Source of the DNA: an uncultured Acidobacteriota bacterium
GTDB lineage: Bacteria; Acidobacteriota; Vicinamibacteria; Vicinamibacterales; SCN-69-37
Assembly: GCA_963724955.1 (NCBI GenBank)
Contig: CAVRWQ010000011.1
Location: 314,357-378,356 of the forward strand
Direction: 5' to 3'
Length of the DNA: 64,000 nucleotides
Part shown: positions 41,921 to 50,632 of the stretch, one piece after another
Numbering within the stretch: the stretch's first letter is position 1
Layout of the letters: each line of letters starts with the position of its first letter
The notes under the pieces: generated by a model
The model's database searches: none
What the model saw: only the letters and a program-made list of their open reading frames with translations
What the model was told of the DNA's origin: nothing
Made by a program: the position numbers and the translations under genes

Positions 41921-44368
41921 TTAGACGGTGACTGCCAGCCGACGGCCGTCCTCGTCCTGCCCGGCCGCGCGCCAGGCCAGGGTGCCGTGGTCCAGGTAGA
42001 TCTCGATGACGCCCGTCCGCAACTGCCCGCGGATGAGCTCTTCGGAGAGCGGGATCCTCGATGTAGCGCTGGATGGCCCGGCGCAGCGGCCGCGCGCCGT
42101 AGGACCGGTCGCGGCAGGTCGCGTCGATGATCCAGTCGACCACCTCGGGCAGCACCTCGAGCTGCAGCTGCCGATCGGCCAGGTGCTGGTTCAGGTTGTC
42201 GATGAGCAGCGCGCGTGATCCGCCGCAGGTCGTCGTCCGACAGCGGGTCGAAGACGATGATCTCGTCGATGCGGTTGATGAACTCGGGGTTGAAGGTCTT
42301 CTTGACCTCGCCGAGCACCATGTCGGTGACCGACTTCTGGATCTCGCGCGCGTCGGGCGTCTGGAAGCCCATCGACGCCTTCTTCTGGATGAAGCGCGCG
42401 CCGATGTTCGACGTCATGATGAGGATCGTGTTCTTGAAGTTGACCCGGTTGCCGAGGCCGTCGGTCAGGTGGCCGTCCTCGAAGACCTGCAGCAGGATGT
42501 TGAACAGATCGGGATGCGCCTTCTCGATCTCGTCGAGCAGCACGACCGAGTACGGGTTGCGCTTGATCTTCTCGGTGAGCTGGCCGCCCTCTTCGTGGCC
42601 CGACGTAGCCGGGAGGCGAGCCGATGAGCTTCGAGACCGAGTGCTTCTCCATGTACTCGGACATGTCGAAGCGGATGAGCGCGTGGTCGCTGCCGAAGAG
42701 GAAGTTCGCGAGCGCGCGCGCGAGCTCGGTCTTGCCGACGCCGGTCGGCCCGAGGAAGATGAAGCTGCCGACCGGCCGCGTCGGGTTCTTGAGCCCGGCG
42801 CGCGACCGGCGGATCGCGCGCGACAGCGCGGAGATCGCCTTCTCCTGGCTGATGACGCGCCGGTGCAGCTCCTCTTCCATCCGGAGGAGCTTGTTGCCCT
42901 CGTCCTCGTTGACCGAGGTCAGCGGCACGCCGGTCCACTTGGAGACGACTTCGTCGATCTCGTGCTTGCCGATGGCGATGCGCGTGGAGCCCGACTTCAC
43001 GTCGATCCGCTCGCGGACCATCAACTGGTCGCGCGACTGCGACGGCATCTCCTGGTCGCGATAGAGCCAGGCCTTGTCGCCAGCCCGCTCGGACGCGGGA
43101 TCCAGCTGCTCGACGGCGACGCGGATGCTGCGGCCGACTTCGCCCATCTCGGCGTTCAGCTCGGCCTCGCGCAGCTTGGCGCGCGCGCCGGCCTCGTCGA
43201 TGAGGTCGATCGCCTTGTCGGGCAGGAACCGATCGGTGATGTAGCGGCTCGACTGATACACCGCCGCCTCGATCGCCTCGTTCGTGTATTCGACGTGGTG
43301 GAACGACTCGTACCGGTCCTTGACGCCCATCAGGACCTGCACGGTCTCCTTCTCGGTCGGCGGATCGACCTTGATGGCCTGGAACCGGCGCTCGAGCGAG
43401 CGGTCCTTCTCGATGTACTTGCGATACTCGGCCGGCGTCGTCGCGCCGATGCAGCGGATCTCGCCGCGCGAGAGCGCCGGCTTGAGGATGTTGGCGGCGT
43501 CGAGCGAGCCTTCGGCCGACCCGGCGCCCACGAGCGTGTGCAGCTCGTCGATGAACACGATGATGTTCGGGTTCTCGGTGAGCTCCTTCATGATCGCCTT
43601 GAGGCGCTCTTCGAACTGGCCGCGGTACTTCGTGCCCGCGACGATCAGCGAGATGTCCAGCGCCAGGATGCGCTTGTCGGCCAGGAAGTGCGGCACGTCG
43701 CCGCAGACGATCTTCTGCGCGAGGCCTTCGACGATCGCCGTCTTGCCGACGCCAGGCTCGCCGATGAGCACGGCGTTGTTCTTCGTGCGGCGGCACAGGA
43801 CCTGCTGCACGCGCTCGACTTCGATCCCGCGGCCGACGAGCGGGTCGAGCTGATTCTTCATCGCCGCGTCCGTCAGGTCGCGGCTGAACTCGGCGAGCAG
43901 CGGCGTCTCCTTCGGACGCGCCGGCGCGGTCTTCTCGTTGAGCAGCTGCACGATGTCTTCGCGCACGCTCGCGAGGCGCATGCCCTTCTCGTACAGGATC
44001 GACGCGGCGACCGACCGCTCCTCGCGCAGAATGCCGAGCAGCAGGTGCTCGGTGCCGATGTAGGTGTGCAGCAGCCGATCGGCTTCTTCCGCCGCGAACG
44101 GCAGCACGCGCTTGGTCTCGCCGCTGAATGGAATCTCGACCGACGTCGAGACCTTCTCGCGGAAGACCGTGCGGCCTTCGATCTCCTTGCGGATGCTGTC
44201 GAGGGAAAGGTGCGATCGCGCAAAAATCCGGCTGGTGAGGCCCTTGCCTTCGCGAATCAGTCCGAGCAGCAGATGCTCGGTTTCGATAGAGGTACTGCCG
44301 AGCTGCGTCGCTTCATAGCGCGCGAAGAACAGCACGCGACGCGCTCGTTCCGTGTAGCGTTCAAACAT
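41921..44368 (-). CDS. clpC: ATP-dependent Clp protease ATP-binding subunit ClpC/ClpA-type AAA+ (frame changes only in the last ~650 nt)
   Basis: [40 protein letters not shown] (Clp_N repeats), Walker [30 protein letters not shown], second Walker [62 protein letters not shown]. Confidence 0.88.
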
Positions 44369-44413
44369 CCAGGGGTCCGGGGAGAATGGCGCACATCGGC
44401 GATCCCTACTTTC

Positions 44414-44462
44414 ATTATATACGGCATGGGCGCGAATAACTTTGGCGACCGAATTGGTCGCC
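44414..44462 (-). promoter_or_regulatory. possible terminator hairpin after the kinase gene plus a TATAAT box upstream of clpC
   Basis: Minus strand GGCGACC-aattc-GGTCGCC (44462-44444), then aaagttattcgcgcccatgccgta-TATAAT (44419-44414), ~45 nt before the clpC ATG. No good -35 element. Confidence 0.25.
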
Positions 44463-44471
44463 GGCGCGCCG

Positions 44472-47120
44472 TCACGTGGTCGGCATGAGGATCTGTGCAA
44501 TCCTGGTCAGCAAATCGTCGGCCGAAAACGGTTTCTGAAGGAAGTGCCCGGCCTTCGGCAGCGTACCATGCTGTGCCAGCACGCCGTCCGCGTAGCCCGA
44601 GATGTACAGGACCGGCACGCCGGGACAGACCATCTCGAACGCGCGTGCCAGCTCCGGACCGGTGCCGCCTGGCATGACGACGTCGGTGATGACGAGGTGA
44701 ATCGGCTCATTGTGCTCGCGCGCGCGCGCGAGGGCGGCTGTCTGATGCTCGGCGGCAATCACGCGGTACCCGTGCCGCTCGAGGACTTGAGCCAGAAACA
44801 CTCGTACCGCCTCGTCGTCCTCGACGAGGAGCAGTGTCTCTTTGCCGCGCGGTAGGTCAGATGCACCAGGCCGCTTCCCGGCAATCGCCTCGGCGCGCAT
44901 TCGCGCCTCTGGAAAGTACAGGCGGAAAGTGGCGCCCTGACCCGGCTCGCTCGCGACCGTCACGATGCCGTCCATCTGCTTGACAATGCCGTACACGGTG
45001 GCCAGCCCCAGGCCGGTGCCCCGCCCCACCTCTTTCGTCGTGAAGAAGGGCTCGAAGATCCGGGCCTTGGTCGCCTCGTCCATGCCCACGCCGCTGTCGC
45101 TGACTTCGAGCAGGACGAACTGACCGGCCGCGCCGTCCGGGCTGACTTCCTTCGCGCCGAGCCACACCATGGCCGTCCTGATCGACAGCCGGCCGCCCTT
45201 GGTCATGGCGTCGCGCGCGTTGACGGCCAGGTTGAGGACGATCTGCTCAATCTGCCCCCGGTCGCCGAGGATCGCCGCGACGTCCGGGTCCAGCGCGCTG
45301 AGGATCTCGATGTGCTCGCCAATCACCCGGCGGAGCATCGGCACGAGGTCCCCAATCAGGCGGGAGAGGTGAATCGCCGTCGGCTGCAGCATCTGGCGCC
45401 GGCTGAACGCGAGCAGTTGACGTGTGAGACCCGCCGCGCGCTCAGCCGCTTTCTGGATTTCGACGACCTGCAGCCGCCGCGGGTCGCGTCCGCCGAAGTC
45501 CTGCGCCAGCCAGTCGGCATAGCCGAGAATCGCGGTGAGCAGGTTGTTGAAGTCGTGCGCGATGCCGCCGGCGAGCTGGCCGATGGCCTCCATCTTCTGG
45601 CTCTGACGCAGGCGATCCTCGAGGTCCCGCCGTTCCGTCACGTCGCGCGTGACGGCGACGAAGCCGTCGAGATCGTCGACGTCGCTCTGAAGCCGGCGAA
45701 TGACCGTCGCGCCGACGAACTTCTCGCCGTCGCGCTTGCGGCAGGGACCGTCCCGCTCGGCGTGACCATGCTGCCGCGCGTCGGCGAGCAGCCCCAGCCA
45801 GGCCTCCTCGGTGAGGTTGTAGAGCGCCGCGGCCGGCTGGTCCAGCATCTCGGCCGCGCGGTAGCCGAAGACGTGCTCGGCGCCGGGCTGCCACGACACC
45901 ACGCGGCCGCGATGATCGATCACGAACATCGCGTAGTCTGTGATGCTGTCGAGCATGAGGCCGACGCGCGACTCGACTTCGCGCAGACGCCGGTCGGCCG
46001 CCTTGCGCTCGCGCTCGCGACGCTCGGTCACCAGATGCGCGTGGTCGAGTGACATGGCGGCGTACCGGCCGAGCTGCCCGAGCAGTTGCAGGTCGTCTTC
46101 GGGAAAGAGCGAGCCGCGCCGTTGCACGACAAGGACGACGCCCCACGTGTGCGCCTCGGTCGTGATCGGCGCGACGAGCACCTGCGTGCCGAACGCCGCG
46201 AGCCTCGCGCCGAGATCGCGATCGCAGTCGTTCGTCGAGCCCGTGACCGGCTGCCGGCTCTCGCACGCGCGCGCGACGAGCGCGGCGGCCGGCGCGAGCC
46301 TGAGGCCGCGCAGCGCCGGCGACGTCGTGGCGGTCACGACGAGGTCCTCGCCGGCTCGCGCGCTGCGCAGAGCGACCAGGCTGACGGCGTTGCCGACACT
46401 GCTCGCCGACGCCTGATTCAAGTCGTCGGCCGCGCTCGCACCCCGATCCTCGGCGTCACGCTCCGCCGTGCGGCTGAGGTACTTCGCCTGCTCGGCGCGC
46501 TGCCAGGCCGAGCGCAGGCGCCGTGGCGTGCTGAAGGCGAGGAAGTAGCACGCCAGGGCGGTCGCGGCGAGCAGCTGGTTCACCAGCCCGCCGACGCGGC
46601 CCATCGCCGCCGACCAGGGCCCAAGCGTGCTGAGCGTGTACGTGGCGGCGAAGAGCCACGTGCCGCCGGCCGCAAACACGAGGCGTTTGGCGGTCACGCC
46701 GGAGGTCCGCCCCGCTTCGCGCGTGAACGCGACCGCGGTGTACGTCTCGAGCGCGGCGCAGAGCGCCGAGACCACCGACGTCCAGATGAACACCCGGTTC
46801 GACGGCGCGTTCAGCGTCGCGACGAGACTGGCGGCGACGAGCGCGAGCGCGCCGTGCAGGAGCGGCGACGGCACGTCGCGAAAGTGACGCACGAGACGAA
46901 GCAGCAGATACGGCTGCGCCGCGAAGAGCGCCACGCGGGCGGCCTCGAGGACGCCAGCACGGCTCGGAATCACGCGCACGATCGCGAGTGACGCGACGAG
47001 AAACAGGATGTCGAGCCGGTGCGTCTCCCGACGCCGCCAGACGGCGTTGAGGGCACTCAGTGCCGTCAGGACAATGAGCGCGGCACCCGCGTAGGACGCG
47101 AACGCGATGATCCCAGCCAT
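44472..47120 (-). CDS. hybrid sensor histidine kinase/response regulator (multi-TM sensor, GAF, PAS, HisKA, HATPase, REC)
   Basis: Intact 882-aa ORF. ~6 N-terminal hydrophobic helices. PAS region (YAMFVIDHRGRVVSWQPGAEHVFGY), H-box GGIAHDFNNLLTAILGY, G-boxes DSGVGMD / GRGTGLGLATVYGIV, receiver LLLVEDDEAVR...LVITDVVMPG. Confidence 0.9.
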   Translation of the reverse strand: MAGIIAFASYAGAALIVLTALSALNAVWRRRETHRLDILFLVASLAIVRVIPSRAGVLEAARVALFAAQPYLLLRLVRHFRDVPSPLLHGALALVAASLVATLNAPSNRVFIWTSVVSALCAALETYTAVAFTREAGRTSGVTAKRLVFAAGGTWLFAATYTLSTLGPWSAAMGRVGGLVNQLLAATALACYFLAFSTPRRLRSAWQRAEQAKYLSRTAERDAEDRGASAADDLNQASASSVGNAVSLVALRSARAGEDLVVTATTSPALRGLRLAPAAALVARACESRQPVTGSTNDCDRDLGARLAAFGTQVLVAPITTEAHTWGVVLVVQRRGSLFPEDDLQLLGQLGRYAAMSLDHAHLVTERRERERKAADRRLREVESRVGLMLDSITDYAMFVIDHRGRVVSWQPGAEHVFGYRAAEMLDQPAAALYNLTEEAWLGLLADARQHGHAERDGPCRKRDGEKFVGATVIRRLQSDVDDLDGFVAVTRDVTERRDLEDRLRQSQKMEAIGQLAGGIAHDFNNLLTAILGYADWLAQDFGGRDPRRLQVVEIQKAAERAAGLTRQLLAFSRRQMLQPTAIHLSRLIGDLVPMLRRVIGEHIEILSALDPDVAAILGDRGQIEQIVLNLAVNARDAMTKGGRLSIRTAMVWLGAKEVSPDGAAGQFVLLEVSDSGVGMDEATKARIFEPFFTTKEVGRGTGLGLATVYGIVKQMDGIVTVASEPGQGATFRLYFPEARMRAEAIAGKRPGASDLPRGKETLLLVEDDEAVRVFLAQVLERHGYRVIAAEHQTAALARAREHNEPIHLVITDVVMPGGTGPELARAFEMVCPGVPVLYISGYADGVLAQHGTLPKAGHFLQKPFSADDLLTRIAQILMPTT

Positions 47121-47155
47121 CTATCCGATCAGTCGGCTCCGTCGTTCAGTGAGAA

Positions 47156-47686
47156 TCAGCGGTCGGGCGACAACGATAGCACGGCGCGAACGAGCGCTTC
47201 TTCCGCTTCCAGAGACGGCGCCCCCGTGTGTACGTGCCGCACCTCGCCGCGCCGGTTGACGACGACGACGGCCGGAACGATCGCCACGCGGAGCCGCCTG
47301 AGGTCGAGCAGCGTCACCGCGCCGTCGGCGAGGCCGATCGCGCGCGCGTAGGCACGATCCGCTTCGGGATCGTCCCGCCCCGCAATCATCGCCACGCCCA
47401 GTCCCGGCGTCTCGCCCAGGCGCGCCACGAGCCTTCTGATCATCGGCTGCTCGCGCTGGCACACGCCGCACCGGCTCTGCGCGAAGATGAAGAGCGTGTG
47501 CGGCGCGCCCGCGTACAGCGACTCAGGCACGTCGATGCGGTCACCCACGGCGTAGCCGGCGCTGGCAGGCGCCGCGAGCCCCAGCCGCGCCCGGACGAAC
47601 GGGTACGCGAAGGTGGCCAGCGTCACGACGACGCAGAGGACGATGCCGGCCGACGCGATCCGGCGAACGAGATCGTCTCGGATCAT
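47156..47686 (-). CDS. membrane-anchored thioredoxin-fold thiol:disulfide oxidoreductase (TlpA/ResA-like)
   Basis: Intact 176-aa ORF. N-terminal TM segment IASAGIVLCVVVTLATFAY, redox motif FAQSRCGVCQ, and fold-typical VPAVVVVNRRGEV. Confidence 0.7.
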   Translation of the reverse strand: MIRDDLVRRIASAGIVLCVVVTLATFAYPFVRARLGLAAPASAGYAVGDRIDVPESLYAGAPHTLFIFAQSRCGVCQREQPMIRRLVARLGETPGLGVAMIAGRDDPEADRAYARAIGLADGAVTLLDLRRLRVAIVPAVVVVNRRGEVRHVHTGAPSLEAEEALVRAVLSLSPDR

Positions 47687-47701
47687 GCACGCGTCTCGCG
47701 T

Positions 47702-48409
47702 CTAGCCGGCCATCCCGGCCCAGCAGAGGCCGTCACATGTCTCCGACCAGAGCCATCCGCACATCGGCCAGTCGTTGTCGACGGTGCAGCCGGTGTTGGC
47801 GCGGCAGTAGGTGCCCATGCCGTCGCACCCCCAGCCGGTCGCGCAGTCGCAGTTCTCCGCGCGCGCGAAGGCGACGACGAGGCCCCGCACCCAGTTGGCC
47901 AGGCGCTGCCCGATCGGCTCGGCGCTCGCGAACGTCCCGTCGCGCGGTCCAAGACGATAGAGCACGTGCTCGGCCTCGTCGCGTCCGATGAGCGACGCGA
48001 GCTTGCTCCCAACCTCCGCGACCTGCGCGCGATCGGCAGACGACGGCTGACTCAGCAACTCAGGTGTCACGAGATCCCTGGCGTCGTTGAGCACCGACAC
48101 GATGGCCGGGTGCAGGCCGGGATGCGAATCAATGTAGTCGTTGATGTGCCGGCGCCACACGACGACCCGCGCCTCTGGGGGGAGCGCGCGCATGATCGCC
48201 TTTCGATAGACGACCGGATACGCCTGGATCTGCGCGGCGGCCGCATCGAGGTGTCCCGGCGTCAAATCCCCCACCCACTGACGCGCCGCGTCCTGGGGAT
48301 CCGGCACTGAGATGGCGTTCAGCAGAAACGTTTCAAGTGGCAGCGTCAGCGCGACGGCCACGAGGCACACGACGACACGTCTTCGGGTTCTTGCAGTCAA
48401 CAGACACAC
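47702..48409 (-). CDS. fulvocin-C-related Cys-rich bacteriocin-like precursor
   Basis: Intact 235-aa ORF. Signal/anchor RRRVVVCLVAVALTLPL, a helical pro-region (VVVWRRHINDYIDSHPGLHPAIVSVLNDARDLVTPELL), and a C-terminal 51 aa with 8 Cys: ENCDCATGWGCDGMGTYCRANTGCTVDNDWPMCGWLWSETCDGLCWAGMAG. Confidence 0.6.
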   Translation of the reverse strand: MCLLTARTRRRVVVCLVAVALTLPLETFLLNAISVPDPQDAARQWVGDLTPGHLDAAAAQIQAYPVVYRKAIMRALPPEARVVVWRRHINDYIDSHPGLHPAIVSVLNDARDLVTPELLSQPSSADRAQVAEVGSKLASLIGRDEAEHVLYRLGPRDGTFASAEPIGQRLANWVRGLVVAFARAENCDCATGWGCDGMGTYCRANTGCTVDNDWPMCGWLWSETCDGLCWAGMAG

Positions 48410-48596
48410 TCCTTCGAGGTCGGCATGCGGCAGGGACGATGCTGGCGGGCTGGCACACCGGGGGGAGCCTCGGCGGCACTGTAGTGGCGCGAATGCAGAG
48501 AGTCAATAACGCCCGCGTCATTTCGTGGTGGGATTTCGGTTGGTCCGGGCACCGGCGCGCGCGAGTGTCGCTTATGACCCATAGAGTCATATCGAG

Positions 48597-49271
48597 TTAA
48601 ATCCCCGTGAGTTGCCCGTGTTCGAGGCGCAGGGTGCGGTCGCAGGAGGCCGCCAGCACGGGATTGTGCGTGACAATGACCGACGTGAGGCCGTGCTCGG
48701 CATGCATCTCCCGAAGCAGGCGCTGGAGATCGGCGGCCGTGGCCTCGTCGAGATTGCCCGTCGGCTCGTCGGCGAGGAGCAGGCTGGGTTGTACGACCAG
48801 GGCCCGTGCCACCGCGACGCGCTGCTGCTCGCCGCCCGAGAGCGCCCCCGGCCGGTGCGTCGCACGGCCGGCGAGCCCGACGCGCGTCAACAGCTTCTCG
48901 GCACGCGCCTGGCGCTCGGAAGACGGCCGATTGGCGATGCGGAGCGGCATCTCGATGTTCTCGAGCGCCGTGAATTCGGGCAGGAGGTGATGAAACTGGA
49001 ACACGAAGCCCACGTGCCGGTTGCGGAACGCGACCCGCGCCTCGTCGTCCATCCGATCGATGACCGCGTCGCCGATACGGACCGTGCCGCCGTCGAACAG
49101 ATCCAGCCCGCCGAGAACGTGCAGGAGCGTGCTCTTGCCCACGCCCGACGCGCCGACGATCGCGACCATCTCGCCGCGTTCGACCTGGAGGTCGAGCGCA
49201 TGAAGCACTTCGAGCCGCCCGGACACGGCAGTGTAGGACTTGACGAGGCCACTCACTTCGATGAACGCCAT
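48597..49271 (-). CDS. lolD: ABC transporter ATP-binding protein, LolD/MacB-type
   Basis: Intact 224 aa. Walker A GASGVGKSTLL, signature LSGGEQQRVAVARAL, Walker B LLLADEPTGNLD. Confidence 0.8.
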   Translation of the reverse strand: MAFIEVSGLVKSYTAVSGRLEVLHALDLQVERGEMVAIVGASGVGKSTLLHVLGGLDLFDGGTVRIGDAVIDRMDDEARVAFRNRHVGFVFQFHHLLPEFTALENIEMPLRIANRPSSERQARAEKLLTRVGLAGRATHRPGALSGGEQQRVAVARALVVQPSLLLADEPTGNLDEATAADLQRLLREMHAEHGLTSVIVTHNPVLAASCDRTLRLEHGQLTGI

Positions 49272-49273
49272 CG

Positions 49274-50500
49274 CTACTGGTTCCGGAGGGCCTCGGCCGG
49301 ATCGAGCCGGCCGGCCTGGCGCGATGGATAGATCGTGGCCAGCAGGCAGACGGCCATGACGGCCACGACGACGGTCACCACATCGAAAAACTGCACTTTG
49401 AACGGAATCCAGGCGATCTGATACACGTCCGAACCCAGCTCGAACAGCCGGTACCGGTCGGCGATGACACTGAGCGTCACGCCGAGGATCGTTCCGGCCG
49501 CGGTCCCGACCAGGCCGATCGTGACGCCCTGCAGCACGAAGATCCGGCGGATGGCCCGCGCGGGGGCGCCCATCGTGCGAAGAATCGCGATGTCGCGGCT
49601 CTTCTCCATGACGAGCAGCACGAGCGAGGCCACGATGTTAAAGGCCGCGACCATCACGATGAGGCCAATCGCGAGCGAGATCGCGACTTTCTCGAGCCAC
49701 AGCGCCGAATAGAGCGGCGCGTTGAGCTCCGTCCAGTCGTCCACCTGATATTGCAGACCAAGACGTTCCTGAAGGTCGTTGCGAATCCGCGGCGCGGCTT
49801 CGACATCATGCAGCTTGAGCTGGATGAGGTCAGGGCCCTCCTTGCCCAGCATCTCGCGCGCGGTCTGCAGCGAGACGAACGCCTGGGTCGCGTCGGTCTG
49901 GTAAAAGCCGAACTTCGCGATCCCCACGACCTGGAGCGGCCGCTGTTTCGGCGACGCCGTGCCGGGTCCGACGACCAGGCGCGCCGTGATCAGATAGACG
50001 ATGTCGCCGACCGACGCGCGGAGGTTGCGCGCCAGATCGAATCCAAGGACGACGCCGTCTTTCGCGTCCTCGGGTCGATTGACGAGCGCCTCGAGCGACC
50101 CGCTCTGCATCGCCTCGCGAATATCGGTGACGGCCGGTTCGTAGGCAGGATCGATGCCCTTCACTTCGACGAACGACTGATCGGCCGTCGTGGACTCGAG
50201 CATCCCCTTGCCGACGACAGCCGGCGCGGCGCCCGCCACGCCGGGCACCTTCAGCTTCTCCAGCTCCGGCTCGAGGTCTCCGACGTAGCCGCCGGTCTTG
50301 TACACGTAGACGTGCGCGGTGGCGCCGACGATGCGGTCGCGCAGCTCGCCCTGCACGCCGGTCATCAGCGCGAGCGCGATGATCACCGCCATCACGCCCA
50401 CGCCGACTCCCACGATCGACACGAGGGAAATCAGCGAGATGGACGCCTGCCGGCGGCGGGCCGTCAGATACCGGCGGGCGATGAACCACTCAAATGACAT
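49274..50500 (-). CDS. lipoprotein-releasing system permease (LolC/E family, FtsX/MacB-type)
   Basis: Intact 408 aa. MSFEWFIARRYLTARRRQASISLISLVSIVGVGVGVMAVIIALALMTG, a large periplasmic loop, and a C-terminal FtsX region (AILRTMGAPARAIRRIFVLQG). Confidence 0.8.
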   Translation of the reverse strand: MSFEWFIARRYLTARRRQASISLISLVSIVGVGVGVMAVIIALALMTGVQGELRDRIVGATAHVYVYKTGGYVGDLEPELEKLKVPGVAGAAPAVVGKGMLESTTADQSFVEVKGIDPAYEPAVTDIREAMQSGSLEALVNRPEDAKDGVVLGFDLARNLRASVGDIVYLITARLVVGPGTASPKQRPLQVVGIAKFGFYQTDATQAFVSLQTAREMLGKEGPDLIQLKLHDVEAAPRIRNDLQERLGLQYQVDDWTELNAPLYSALWLEKVAISLAIGLIVMVAAFNIVASLVLLVMEKSRDIAILRTMGAPARAIRRIFVLQGVTIGLVGTAAGTILGVTLSVIADRYRLFELGSDVYQIAWIPFKVQFFDVVTVVVAVMAVCLLATIYPSRQAGRLDPAEALRNQ

Positions 50501-50527
50501 GGGCAGCCGGCGATTGCCTGTTCACAA

Positions 50528-50632
50528 AGTTCACCATGAAGGCTGAAGACGTGAAGAGGTCTTTGGAAAGATCGCTTGTCGAAAGAGCCTTTCGATCAAA
50601 GGCTTCACCTCTTCATTCTTCATGGTGAAGCT
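50528..50632. repeat. palindromic HHEE element, copy C
   Basis: Left arm agttcaccatgaaggctgaagacgtgaagaggtctttggaaagatcg, right arm cgatcaaaggcttcacctcttcattcttcatggtgaagct. The right arm encodes the last lysS codons (cac cat gaa gaa tga on the minus strand). Confidence 0.8.

Noticed and set aside
13800-42600. Programmed frameshifting or genuine pseudogenisation of the fab/lpx/bamA/mqn genes
   Set aside because: There are too many events, and they fall in essential single-copy genes with no slippery-site pattern. Several resolve to one extra base, one of them within a G homopolymer run. Assembly error is the parsimonious reading, although I cannot prove it without reads.
42215-44488. Very long ORFs antisense to real genes (e.g. 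42215..44488 +, 1088..3142 +, 56244..57974 +, 60222..62144 +, 4592..5602 -)
   Set aside because: These are typical shadow ORFs of a ~70% GC genome. Their translations are Arg/Ala/Pro/Gly-rich low-complexity text with no motifs, while the opposite strand encodes clearly recognisable proteins (ClpC, ETF-QO/VWA, PfkB/MTAP, acyl-CoA dehydrogenase, Lhr).
48597-50500. ABC pair as a dedicated exporter/immunity system for the fulvocin-like peptide
   Set aside because: Size, sequence and motif layout fit housekeeping LolD plus LolC/E, and a 187-nt gap separates them from the Cys-rich gene. A link is possible but is not supported by the sequence alone.
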